DNA of 64,000 nucleotides, taken from the NCBI GenBank assembly GCA_964019425.1, contig OZ025802.1, positions 434,001 to 498,000 on the forward strand, written 5' to 3'. Positions 8,523 to 20,225 of the stretch are shown here, piece after piece. The notes beneath the pieces were generated by a model, which was given only the letters and a program-made list of their open reading frames with translations, was not told the origin of the DNA and did no database searches. Every line of letters starts with the position of its first letter. Positions within the stretch are counted from its first letter, which is position 1. The translations under genes were made by a program, and so were the position numbers. Source of the stretch: Flectonema sp. DT1601. Lineage: Eukaryota.

Positions 8523-11500
8523 CTACCGTCCTAATAGTTGTGCCAGTCTGTCTAAGGTTGTGACAAAACCAGTCATCTGCTGTTGATTCGCAGGTAAGTA
8601 GCAGTCCTCCAGCTGGCATGCTTCCTCTCCCTTGTCATTCATCATGTGACTGATGTATTTTTCCCTCAAGGTTTCTATACACCAATGTTCGCATATAAAT
8701 AATACATGATGTGCTGTCGCCTTTCCAAGTTTACAGAAAAAGCACAGCTCGTTCAGTCCTTTGATTATCAGAGATCTGCAATGTCCCACTCTAAAGCGTG
8801 ACATCAGTACTTCCTCTGGTCGTGTTAGAGCTTCGATGTACGGAGGGTGTCTTACCTCTCCCGGTCCGATCCAGTTCTCCCGTTTTCTCCGCTTGTGAAA
8901 CGTCATCAATGTTCCCATGTCAAGTTGAGTGGGCAGTTGTTTAATAATAACATCTTCGTGAGGTGGATCTTCCTTCAGGCCTGCAGCGAATTTCGCCAGT
9001 TGGTCCGCTACTTCGTTGTACCGCACGTTTCTGTGTGCCGGTACATACTGCATGTTGACTTGGATTCCCTTCTTCTCCAGTTTCATTGCCAACTTCCAGA
9101 TCTTTTTGTTCATTGGGGACCTTTGTTTATATGGCCCTTGTTCCAATGCCTGCATGACTGACATCGAATCAGTCAACAGGTGCGTCGTTGTTGTTAGAGA
9201 TTCATGTTCATCCTCCGCCACCTGAACTAAATTTTCCAACGCCAGTTTTACTGCAATCTGCTCGGTCCTATAAGAGGAACCCGCTACTGGTATTTTATAT
9301 CCAAGTAGACGCATCTTGCTTTCTTTTACTATGACCACAGCGGCAGCCGAGTCTGTCATGTAAGTCTCGGATTTGTGTCTTATCGACCCGTCAGTGTAGA
9401 CTTTCATCTCGTGAGTTGGTAGTTCAGCTTCTCGCTGTTCAGCCTCTTCCTTGTTACTTGAATATGTGAATCTCATCGCACTAGTACTTTTCCATGGAGG
9501 GAGAGTGTAGTGTTCTGGGTTCACTTCCAGGTTGGTAATGCTCCGGTAGTTGTCAAGTCCAGGGACACCAGAGACATAGTCTATCCAGACATTCCATCCC
9601 CATTTTGATTTTTGGTATAATTCTGAACTCCCTGTTCTCGTCAGCTTGCGAGTCGGTAAGAACGGACTCAATTTGAAACGTTCGTAAGTTCTACACATCT
9701 TATACTGGATGTGTTCCTTTAGTCTTGGCGTATCGGCTTCTTTGTAAAGTCTCTGTAGTTTGGTGCTCCGCAGACATCCAGTTACCAGCCTCACTGCCCT
9801 GTTTACCAGTAATTCCAGTTGTTCGAAGCACTCTTTTGGTAACATCCAAGCAAAGCTTTCAACACCATAAAGCACCCTTGCTAACACCACCGTCACCAGT
9901 ATACTAATGAGTGTCCTCTTTCTGCAGCCTATCCTAGTGAGTCTAACCAACAAGCCTAGACCCTTGGAAGCAGCTGTCATCATCTTTTGAATTTGCGACT
10001 TAAAGGTTAACTTCTCGTCATAATGTACACCCAGGTACCGCACGGTATTCGTCTTGTGAACTTTTCGTCCAACCGCATAGGCAAATCCGTGTAGTCCGGG
10101 CCCCACTCTTTCCAGCATCTTATCTATTTCTGCCTTGTTGTGGACTTTCTTCAGTTGTGGGAAGCGGGCACTCATCTTCATTGTTTTCAGTACCGCCGGT
10201 TTGTTCGGTAGCTTGACTTTGATCTTATGTTTTGGAACGACGTACAGGTGAGTGATGGCGAATTCTTCTTTTGAAACTACAGTTGTTGAGTTATCATCCT
10301 TCACAAGGTTACTCATTTGTTCTGCCGTGGCCACCACATATTTAAATGTGTGTTCCTCCGAGTATACCACTACTGGGGACTTGTCGTGAGTTCCACTTGG
10401 CCTCACGTGAATGTATTCCGTCTTGCCAGGGTTCTTATTGATTTTGATGTGTGAGTCAAGTGCCCACCTTTCAAATATTTTGACTGCGTTGTTAACCTTG
10501 TTTTCTAAACAGCTGACAGTGCCTGCGGTTATTACTATTCCAACATCATCTGCAAAGACAGTCGGTTCGTACATCTCTAGTTTATCTATCAAATCGTTTA
10601 TGAAGATAGAGAATAACTGGGGTCCCAGCACGCTTCCTTGTGGTACTCCTACTCGAATGTTCCGGAATGCTCCCTTCACTCCATTCACCCTTGTTGAAAT
10701 CTTCCTACTAGTCAAGTAGTTTTGAACCCACCGTAGATATTTCGTTGATAGTCCTATTTTGGACATCTTATTTAGAAGAGTTACCGGTTGAACTGCATCG
10801 AAGGCTTTTTGTAGGTCGAAGGTGATTAATATCGCTTCTTCTCCCATTGCCTTGGCACTTTTGAGTTTGTCTGTAACTATACAGAGATTTTCAATGGAAT
10901 CCCGTCCTCGTTTGTAGGCTGCTTGCCTCGGATTCATTCTGTCTTTCAACAGGTGGTGCATCCGTTCTACGACCATTCTTTCAAAGAGTTTCGAGACGGT
11001 CGAGGTTAGTGCTATCGGTCTGTACGATAAGACTTGTTTCTTGTCTTTATCAGGTTTCAGTATGGGTATTACCATTCCACTTTTCCAGCACCTGGGTACT
11101 GCTGATCGTTGCCATGAGAGGTTGAATAGTCTTAGTAGTTGCTCGAGGAAAGCTTTTGGAAGTTGTTTTAACATCGAGTTCCAGATGTGGTCAGGTCCAG
11201 GTGCCTTCTTCTCCTTTGTTTTTGAAATTTGTCGTTCCAGTTCAGGCATTCCAAATTCCACCGAGTTGTCATCAGGTATTCCTTGTAAGGTTGGTTCACC
11301 ATCTTCGAATTTGAATTGGTCTGCGTATGTTTTGGTGAAGACATCTGCCATCTCCCGCGAGTCGGTTAATTCCTTCTCACCGTCGACAATCTTAGTAATT
11401 GAATGGTCCATCATTCTACCTTCCAGTTGTTTAACTTTTCTAAAGGCCCATCGGTAGTCCATTCCAGTCATGTCGCACTCAATGATCTTCTGTTTGATCA

Positions 11501-12440
11501 TGTTGATACCTCTTTCAATTGCTTCTGAGTCTGTCTTATCAGGGTCAGTCTCTGCCATTAAATCTTCCAATTCTGAATCCCTCACAGCGAAGGTACTACT
11601 TGACTTTTTGTTGTAGCCTGGGATGGCCCTACTCGCTGCTCTCAGAATCTCGTTGTTGATCCTATTAGCAAGTTTCTGCACATTCTTAATTCTTTCTAAT
11701 TTGGGCGCTGCCCTTTCCAACAATATTTTATAATAATTCCAATCGGCACAATGCCACTTCCATTTCCATGTCCCAGAACTCTCTTTTGAATATTCATCTG
11801 TTTTGATATCTTCGATTGTCAGTTTGAGTGGCAGGTGATCGCTGCCCCATCCCTTCATGAGTTCGATTTGTGCATCTATTGAAATATCTAATGCAATTAC
11901 ATCCGGAGAAGCTGAGCTTTGTGGTCTTGTGTGTTGTTGAGGTTTATTTAGAATTTTAATTGTTGCTTCTAGTGACCAATCGTAGAAGCTGTTACCAGTG
12001 GTGTTCGTATTACCATTTGACCAAGTTGAATGGTGTCCATTAATGTCACCCGCAATCAATGTGCCGGGCTCTGATATAAACTTCCAGGTTGTTGCCTTGA
12101 TTTCAGGCGGGTGGTAAACATTGTGAATTGTCAATGGCGGATTAGATTGAAGTACTACTGTTAATATCTCAGTTTGGTCATGTGAGATGTCGGGGTGTTT
12201 TAATATTAACTTATTTAAATCATTTCTGACCAGAGTGACGAGTCCTCGATGACCTGACTTGATGGTGCTGTCTCTCCTGTGGATTGAATATCCTTCAATA
12301 GCGAAGTGTTTTTCTTTTGATAACCACGTTTCCTGCAGTAGTACTACTTCAGGCTTTTCTTCTTTCAGTGCCCAGTTCAATCGAAAGTAATTTTCTGGTT
12401 TCAGAACTGAGCGAATGTTATTTGACCAAATCACAATCAT
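8523..12440 (-). CDS. Element B ORF2, intact 1305 aa: AP endonuclease, reverse transcriptase, RNase H, CCHC finger
   Basis: SNNIRS, LQETW, YHPP, GDINGH, GSDH; KAPGPD, YRPIALTS, GVPQGS, FADD, RYLGV; YTDGS, RTE, TDS, PAH..NEVAD; CFFC..HVLFIC. Confidence 0.95.
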   Translation of the reverse strand: MIVIWSNNIRSVLKPENYFRLNWALKEEKPEVVLLQETWLSKEKHFAIEGYSIHRRDSTIKSGHRGLVTLVRNDLNKLILKHPDISHDQTEILTVVLQSNPPLTIHNVYHPPEIKATTWKFISEPGTLIAGDINGHHSTWSNGNTNTTGNSFYDWSLEATIKILNKPQQHTRPQSSASPDVIALDISIDAQIELMKGWGSDHLPLKLTIEDIKTDEYSKESSGTWKWKWHCADWNYYKILLERAAPKLERIKNVQKLANRINNEILRAASRAIPGYNKKSSSTFAVRDSELEDLMAETDPDKTDSEAIERGINMIKQKIIECDMTGMDYRWAFRKVKQLEGRMMDHSITKIVDGEKELTDSREMADVFTKTYADQFKFEDGEPTLQGIPDDNSVEFGMPELERQISKTKEKKAPGPDHIWNSMLKQLPKAFLEQLLRLFNLSWQRSAVPRCWKSGMVIPILKPDKDKKQVLSYRPIALTSTVSKLFERMVVERMHHLLKDRMNPRQAAYKRGRDSIENLCIVTDKLKSAKAMGEEAILITFDLQKAFDAVQPVTLLNKMSKIGLSTKYLRWVQNYLTSRKISTRVNGVKGAFRNIRVGVPQGSVLGPQLFSIFINDLIDKLEMYEPTVFADDVGIVITAGTVSCLENKVNNAVKIFERWALDSHIKINKNPGKTEYIHVRPSGTHDKSPVVVYSEEHTFKYVVATAEQMSNLVKDDNSTTVVSKEEFAITHLYVVPKHKIKVKLPNKPAVLKTMKMSARFPQLKKVHNKAEIDKMLERVGPGLHGFAYAVGRKVHKTNTVRYLGVHYDEKLTFKSQIQKMMTAASKGLGLLVRLTRIGCRKRTLISILVTVVLARVLYGVESFAWMLPKECFEQLELLVNRAVRLVTGCLRSTKLQRLYKEADTPRLKEHIQYKMCRTYERFKLSPFLPTRKLTRTGSSELYQKSKWGWNVWIDYVSGVPGLDNYRSITNLEVNPEHYTLPPWKSTSAMRFTYSSNKEEAEQREAELPTHEMKVYTDGSIRHKSETYMTDSAAAVVIVKESKMRLLGYKIPVAGSSYRTEQIAVKLALENLVQVAEDEHESLTTTTHLLTDSMSVMQALEQGPYKQRSPMNKKIWKLAMKLEKKGIQVNMQYVPAHRNVRYNEVADQLAKFAAGLKEDPPHEDVIIKQLPTQLDMGTLMTFHKRRKRENWIGPGEVRHPPYIEALTRPEEVLMSRFRVGHCRSLIIKGLNELCFFCKLGKATAHHVLFICEHWCIETLREKYISHMMNDKGEEACQLEDCYLPANQQQMTGFVTTLDRLAQLLGR

Positions 12441-12661
12441 GATTGGCCAGTGTTGTTCCTGTTGGTCGCACTTGTAGTAATCTTGTTCATACCAAGATTG
12501 TTCTCAATCCTCTTGACAGCTTCTATTAGCGAAGTGATGGCTGTCGCCATGTTGTTGTTGGCTGCTTCGTTCTTTTTCGTAGTTTGCACCAGGGTTTCTA
12601 CAATCCCGGTTATCTGTGCCATGCCTTCATCAAGTCGAACTTGCATGTCCTTCACTTCTTT
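12437..12661 (-). CDS. Element B ORF1 C-terminal fragment (coiled-coil-like)
   Basis: Open to the element 5' junction; its TGA overlaps the ORF2 ATG (ATGA, 12437-12440). Confidence 0.65.
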   Translation of the reverse strand, partial: KEVKDMQVRLDEGMAQITGIVETLVQTTKKNEAANNNMATAITSLIEAVKRIENNLGMNKITTSATNRNNTGQS

Positions 12662-12737
12662 CTGTCTTCGTTAATTCTGACACCCATCGACTCGACGGTT
12701 CCTCTCATCGAATAAATAAAACTTTTTTTGCATTACA

Positions 12738-12809
12738 TCCGCTGTAGTATAGTGGTTAGAACACCTGGCCCTCACCCAGGAAACCGGGGTTCAATTCCCC
12801 GCAGCGGAA
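12738..12809 (+). tRNA. tRNA-Glu(CTC), copy 2
   Basis: Identical to copy 1; T6 terminator. Confidence 0.95.
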
Positions 12810-12934
12810 TTTTTTACATAAGTCGGTAATCCAAATTAATCCATGAAGCCTTGGGCATTTCCCCCCTTTGGGGTGTTTTTTTTTTTTGACAGACCTACTC
12901 AAGAGAAGAGATGAAAAACTTTTTTTGCATTACA

Positions 12935-13006
12935 TCCGCTGTAGTATAGTGGTTAGAACACCTGGCCCTCACCCAGGAAACCGGGGTTCAATTCCCCGCA
13001 GCGGAA
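12935..13006 (+). tRNA. tRNA-Glu(CTC), copy 3
   Basis: Identical to copy 1; uninterrupted 5' flank; T6 terminator. Confidence 0.95.
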
Positions 13007-13205
13007 TATTTTTTAACTATTTCATTCTTTTTTCCCATTACCTTGCAGAAAAGAAAACTAGCTAAAAAAAAAATAGATGCCAAAACTCTCGCAGATGACA
13101 TTTCAATTTCACTGTTTTGAGGAATTAAAATTTTTTTTAGACTACAGCACTAATTCCCTGTCTGTAAAGAACAAATTAAACAAATGAATGTGTAAATGAT
13201 CACAA

Positions 13206-16200
13206 TCAAAGTGCCAGACTCTTTTGTTTTCGTGGCAATGACGGCAGCACAAGTGCTCTGCTTCTACTTGTGTGATTTAATGCTAAGAGGTACCCAAGTA
13301 ACTGCTTTGTTTTAACAGAAATTGAAGTGTTGTCTGTATCAAGGAACTCCAGCGACGGGTTTACCTTCAGTGCTGAGGCAAGAGCAGTGCCACCAGAATC
13401 AGAAATGTGAGAATTACCAGCAAGAGACAAAGCTGTTACGGAACGATTTGTCTGAAGATATTCAGAGATTTGTTGAGCACTGTAATCTGTCAGATTGTTG
13501 TGATCGAGGACAAGACTCACAACATCACTCGAAGTTCTGATTCTCGACAGCAGGGTGATACAACCATCGTCTCCAATTTTTTTATTCGAAGCATCAACAC
13601 AATCCATGCTGCTGTAACTTCTCTTTCTGATCCTTTCAAGACGTTCCCGTACACGGCTTCGCATAGCAAAGACGTCTGTGAAATCGTTCTCCTCACTCAG
13701 GAACTCTTCAACTGGTGGAAGCTTTCTTTTCAAAAAACCGCTGTCACTCTCTTGAGGAATGCAATATTCACCTAGCTTTTCATGACTATGAGATTTGCTA
13801 ATATTTGGCAAAACAGGACCTTTTTTCCTTTTAAGCCCTCGAATGCGAATCAACTTTGTCTGTCTGAGTTTAATTTCGCGTCTCCCAAGCAGCTGCTCAC
13901 TTTCGATAGAACTGCGGGAACGCCTCTCGTGATTAAATAGATTTATTATCGCCCTCCGCGAATTACTGACTAGCCATTGCGGGAGAACTGAAGATCGCTC
14001 TTTGCGAATGTCGTCAGAAAATCTCTTCAGTTGTTCAATGGCTTCTCCAACGATGAGTTTTCGAGATTTTCTTTCAGCTCTTAAGAAATACTTAAAAGCA
14101 ATGGAATCGTTGTCAACTCCTCCTTCGTGTGGTGATGGTTGTTCTTCAAAACTCGTCACAGGGTCTACCTGTACTGAATGTAGACATGTCTTTTTGGAGG
14201 AACTAACTGACTTAAATTGCTTCTTGTGTTGAATTAGAGAACGAACAGTAGCCATTGCAGGATAACTGGAAACCATAAAACGCGTGACTGCCACAGCTGC
14301 AATATTCCGTCGACGTTGAAACTTTCTGAAACAACTCTGAATGCGAAGGGCGCTAACATTTCTTTGAATTCGAACTACTTTATTTAAAAATTCATTCTTC
14401 TTCTCCAGCAGCTGCTTTCTTGAAAGGTGCGATCTCCAAGCGCACTGCACTGCGATGGCTGCCTGCAGCTGTAAATACTTCAATTGAATTAAATACTTCC
14501 TCTCACTGTACCCAAGAGCAATTTTAATTAAAAACTCGGCAACCTCACATGCAATGGCATTCTGAGACTTCAGGTAATCCCGACGTTGCCGGGTTCTTTC
14601 CTTTGATTTGAGAACTCTGAATGCAGACTGAATCACGTTGGCAGATTGCTGCTGTAGGTTGAGATTTTCTATTAGTAGTAGGTCAGATTTTCTTTTGGAG
14701 ACGATTCTTTGAGCGATTGTACGACGGAAAGCCAACTGAATTACAATTGAAGCATTCCCATAGTTTCTCATTAATCGACGCAATCGTAGTCGAGATGCGA
14801 ATGCTCGTGCTGCGCTTTGAAGAGTCAACACTGAGAGAGTACATGTTAATTGCCACTTTCTGAAAGCTTCGAACTTAACTCTCTTTTGTCTGTGTCTTGC
14901 CATTCTCCTGCCTATAAACCCCCTGTAGCATCTCTGAACTGTCATCGCTGAACTTTCTTCAATAATTTGTTCCTCACGTAATAAAACTTGAATCCTTTTT
15001 CGTTTGACACATTTCGTGGCCAACACTCTCCTCCATTCTTTTTGTATGACAATAGCTATCTCATTGAGAGCATTGTTCGGGTGGATTTTCAGTGCTATCT
15101 TTTCCTTTATAATTTTAGTTGAAGCGAATGATTGCAAATAAGTTTGTATCACAACCAAGTGATCCATAAAACGTAACGTGTCGATAAGTTCCCTTTCATA
15201 AGCTGTCGTTATCTCAGAGACCTTAGCTCTTGCAAAGGCTTGTGCAATGGTCACGTTGCGTTCCTTTTGCTTCAATAGGTTGCTGAGGTGAATTCGATCT
15301 TGATATGCTTTAAAGCAACTTGTTAAGAGGGTTTTCTTCGATTTCAGAGCAGCGCGGCGTTGACGGACTTGTAATTGAGCTTTTCGATCGTCATTGCGTT
15401 GCTTAACGGATTCAATCCACTTGACTATTGCTTTCTTACAACGTTCATCTTTAGTGGCCTGCAGTCGGGCTCTGAGTAATAGGAGATTGCACTGTGTCGA
15501 TGCCTTAAGCTCTGATATTTTCGCCCTCGCAAACATCTGCACCGTGATAAAATTATTCCCTCGAACAACTACAGCAGCCGCAGCCACAGCTACCAATGAA
15601 ATACCACCAGAAAGAATTTGTAACCGACGAGCTTTTCTCAATAAGATCATTTTTACTCTCGCCTTCATTACAACCTGGAAGCTCAAAATACTCGATTCTG
15701 CGTAGTTGTGTTCTTGTTCTTCCGCCCATGCCTCAAGTAGCTTCTTGTGTTCGATGTATTTCTTTTGTAAAATTTGTGTTATTATTCGAGCCTTTGTCCT
15801 TCTATAAAGTTTTTGAATAATTATTGAGGAGTCAGTTTGGATCCGAAGCAATTCAACATCAGCAATCTTATTTGAAATAAAAGTAAAGATGCTATTCTCT
15901 TCAGTAATTATAACTCGTCTTGTGGCGTTTTCAGAGGAGAGGGTTTCTCCCTGACGAGAATGGAAATAGTGTGACTGCTCTAATATTAGTAAGGCGTTGA
16001 AAGCGATAAGCTCATCACTGCCAACGTGATGGTCTCTTAGTAAGATATGCTTTTGGAAGAACAACGGAAATGTCTCTGATACAAAGATCGAATACTCAAC
16101 TGTTGCAGTACTGCTCCAGGTGGTTTCAATATCATCGAAGTATTGTTTTACGAATAGGGAAGGCCAGGGAGCTCTAAAATCAGAACTCAGTTCTATAAAA

Positions 16201-19200
16201 TAAAACTCTTCAGAACCTTCCGTCTCAATCCGAGTCGTTGAATTCTGTTGAAGGAAATCAGATATTTGTTCTTTGTTTAGAATTGACAGCAACACATCAT
16301 TAAAACGTCTTTGACAAGTCGACCAATCCACCAACCAGCAATCAGTTAGACAAGATCTTTCTCTGTTTTCAGTCTTCTCACAACGTTGGAGTTGTCTTGC
16401 TGCGTACATGTCGTGGATGATAACAGCTTCAGCATGTCCTAGTTGATACCAATCAGTTCTTGTTGTGTTCTCAGATAACATTATTAGAAGTCGTTGTTTC
16501 GTTTCGTCAACAAGAAAGACATCCAACTCAAACTCGTGATGAATGTGTTGGTTGTTGTGTTCTTCTTTATTTTCTAATTTTTGAATTCTCTCACTCGTTA
16601 TAATGTCCGTCAGTTCAGTGAAGAACTGTTTTAGTTGTTGTAAACGATCTCCCACCTGTCCCATTCGAAATTCAAACTCATCATTTATGAGGCTCAGCTG
16701 TTCCTTCTTGTGCTCCAACAGCATCATCTGCCCTGAATACAACTCTCTCAATGACGATAATGAATTTTCAAAATCAGACTCAATCTGATGACGAATTGTA
16801 TCTTGCAAATCAGCAGCTGCGGTAATTTTAAGAGAGATGTCAATGTAGGTACATTCAATTGCACAGATTCGTCTTTTTGATAATATGCATCGAAGCTCTT
16901 CGTCTGCTAATGTGCTTCGAATTATGTCTTCCGCGCGTATGCAGTGATTACATCGCTCATCTAGTACCAGGTCATCGTAAGAGTTTGTTTGCTCGACTGT
17001 GATTCGATTCCTGAGACGGATCTCATCAAAGGAGACCAAAACATTAAATTTATTTGACAAAAACTGAGACAATAATGAAACATCATTTCCTGAGAAGATC
17101 ATCACTTCATCACTGCAAATGACTCGGCGATTTGTCTGTTCAGAGATACAAAGATCAGATATTCGAACAACAGCTAAAAGTTTATTTCTTTCAGTGTAGT
17201 GATTATTTATAATTGTTGTTATTGATAACAGCTCTTCACTCAAAAGCAACTTCCTCGATGTGTACTCACTGTCTTGAGTACATTGCTCTGCTACTTCCAT
17301 CGTCTCATAAAGTAGTTGTGTTTCTATTGAGAGCCCTTCTTTTTCTTGAGAAGTCTCAACATACATCCTGTTGTTGGATTCGTAATCACAAAGAGATCTT
17401 ATTCTGTTGTTTAATAAAATTTCATTTCTCGTTGCTATAAATTCTTCTTTCAAAACGACGTATCCCTCAAGACAACGATCAGTAATGTCATTAGAGGCGA
17501 CGGTTACACTCTCCCGAAGTAAATTAAACATCGTAACGTGTCGTTGAGTTCTTTCTTTTAATAACAAACGATAAAGTGATACTTCATAATTAACATCACA
17601 GTGGTAGTCTTGGAACTGGTCAGCAAGTACAGTGACTCTGGTAGTTGATTCTTGTAGTGATAAGTTAGAGTAATTAATCATGAGTATTCCATTTCCATAT
17701 CCCTTTGAAATATAACACAACTGAGACAATCTCTGTGATATTATAACTTGTCGAGTTAAAGTTTCTGAGTGTGGAGTCCACTTTCTCAAGTGATCTTTAA
17801 GAATATAATTCCATTCAACTTCTTCCTCGTGTGTGATTCCAGTGTTCGCCCACCATAATCGACCTGCAGCACCAACTCCTCTGTACTTCTCTTCATGTAT
17901 TATTATTAGTTGATATCTCTTTACTCTCGTCTTCAATCCCGTGAAAGCTTCGACCTCTCCTTCCCACTCTGAAACTTTATTTTCTCGTTCCGCAAAATGT
18001 AAATTTCTAATGTACAGTCTTGCCTTAGCATGGTCTTGTTTAATTTTATCACATTTCAACTGGTGGTCGCTGAGTAGTTTGGTTCGCTGAGGGAGGTCGG
18101 TAATGAGTAGGATGTCATCTTTTTCAGATTCAATGGAATGGACTTCAGCTGCTTGTATTTGATTGAGTTGTGTGAGTTTATCGTTGTGAGAATTACATAA
18201 GAGAAGTTTTAATTGATGGTGTCTGTCAAGTAATTGTTGCTTTTCGTAGATAAGACGCTGCTCGTATTCCAGTAGAAGTTCATCAGAAACTGACTCTGCA
18301 GACTCGATAATCGAAAGCCTGGATTTGAAATCCTGTCGAAGATAATTGTGATCATCACTTTGCTCCTGAAGTACTTCTTCTCGCTGATCTGTTTCATTCT
18401 CTTCGAATCCACATCGTTGGATGAGCAGTTCTTTTGTGTCGAATAAGAATTCAGATTTTATCTTCTTGTATCCCTTTCTGCTAACGTGACCTCTCCAAAT
18501 TCGTTGAACATCAAGAACTGCTTTGTGTATTAATATTTGAGAGGTGATTGCCGTCGATTCGTTTCTTATAATTCTAGCCTCGTCTTCTGAAATGATGTTT
18601 TTATCGATCAGGTTCGGGATGTCGGGTACTATTCCGAGTTGAGAAAGCTGCTGTCTGTCTGTTTCACCGCTGTGAACACTCAGAAGCCATATTAACGATT
18701 TCAAGTAAAGAACAAGTTCTCGATGTCCTACACCTGAAGAAAAGTCATATCTACGAGATAGTGTTGCCATCACATTTGGTGTTAGAACACGTGACAGCAT
18801 TTCAGCCATTCCCACGCTGCATATCAAAAACCGAAGCAGCAGTATCACTTCTTCTAAGATACCAATATCTGGACGTTGTTCTGTTTTTATTAAGTCAGCT
18901 AATCTACGCAACAAGTCGGAACACACAACATCTCCGACGATATCTCGAAGTTCTTGAAGTAGCTTTGCGTCATTTTTAACTGTCAAGATGTTACTCAAAA
19001 TAGATAACACCGACAGGATTCGATCTTCTTCCATTTGGATATCAGCAGGTGCTGTGATTGTTATTGTTATTCAATGCTGTCTTCCATGTTGTAAGAGTCG
19101 GAGAAAAAAAAAAAAAAAAAAATGCAAACTTTTTTGAATCAACTTATCTCTGCAGTTGAACTCAAGACTCAAAAGCATAACAGAGAAGTCATCATGACGG

Positions 19201-20021
19201 AGGAGAGTATTTCTAAAATCAGCTGACTTTTGAGTCATCATTTCTAAAGCAGACAATGCTATTAGCGCCAAACGACGACAAAGAGGTTTCAACGACACCA
19301 TTTCGATAACTGTGGCGTTTATAAGAACTCCAATCATCTCTGTTGGTTGAGTGAACGAAGCGATGCCATTCGCAACACCGCAGATGGCTGTAGCCAAAAG
19401 AGGGTGTTTGAGAATTAATTTAAAATGCAACACCGAATAGCTAATAAAGGAATCGAGTGATTTTCTGGATGAGAAAGACTGAGCGTTAATCGAAACAGTA
19501 ACCATCGATGATAATAAAAGACACAAGGATTCCATTATCAAATGATTTTGATGAACCTGCTCAACTTGTATTAGAATACAAAGCCTATCAAGAACTCCTT
19601 CATTAGTGAGTTGTATCTTTCTACGAGTTGCTTCTTCTTGAGGATCATTCAAATCAGATCTGCAACAGTTGGTAATCGTATTACAAAGTGGTCTTAATAT
19701 TTTCATACAAGGTTCAAAAAGAGCTTCACTGACACCCGAGACTACTACAAAATCTTTTATCTTTGTGATATCTTTAACAGCTGTGGATGTTACTTTTTCT
19801 AAACACAGACAAGCTACTTCTTTTAAAGCAGAGTGAACTCCTTCTCTCGAACAGGTTGAAACTAAAGTCTTAACAACTTTTTCTGTTATGGTATCCGTCG
19901 TTACCAAAACATCACCATCGTCGATGTCTTCTAGAAGGTCCTGACATGCTTCGAATATATTATTGTCATTCGATTCAAGTGACTCCAAGACGTTCAAATA
20001 TGATGCGATGATAGTCGTCAT
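13206..20021 (-). CDS. Large (~2245 aa) protein: ARM-like N-terminus, coiled coils, multiple IQ motifs, C-terminal RI-like LRRs; 2 exons
   Basis: GT-AG intron 19052-19129 joins the 352-aa and 1942-aa ORFs in frame (K-T-P-A-D-I-Q-M). IQ motifs VQRIWRGHVSRK, VQRCYRGFIGRR, IQSAFR; LRRs LVLDHNNLTD, LSLAGNSHISDSGG. Confidence 0.8.
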
Positions 20022-20194
20022 AAGTGTACCAATTCTGTTTAATGAATAATTTAGTATAAATAATACTTCTTTTTTTTTTTTGGAAGTAATAATAATAAAA
20101 AAAGTTAAAAAAAAAAAAGTAACCTCCAAGAGTTACAAACTTCACGTATTCACAATGCACGGAACCACACGATGAGTAAAGTTATAAGAAAACC

Positions 20195-20225
<31 letters not shown>

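Larger units (their letters stand above)
8251..12663 (-). mobile_element. Non-LTR retrotransposon B (I-group/Ingi-like), 5'-truncated in ORF1, nested in element A
   Basis: Poly(A) tail (T run to 8270); TSD GTCTT at 8246-8250 and 12664-12668; removing B restores contiguous A sequence ...AATTAACGAAGAC-GTAAGTATTCTC. Confidence 0.9.
4450..12717 (-). mobile_element. Non-LTR retrotransposon A (I-group/Ingi-like), 5'-truncated, interrupted by element B
   Basis: (TAAA)n tail at 4450-4470; TSD AAAACTTTT at 4441-4449 and 12718-12726; the empty site is visible upstream of tRNA copy 3. 12664-12710 is A-family APE sequence that matches relic 3893-3939. Confidence 0.9.
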
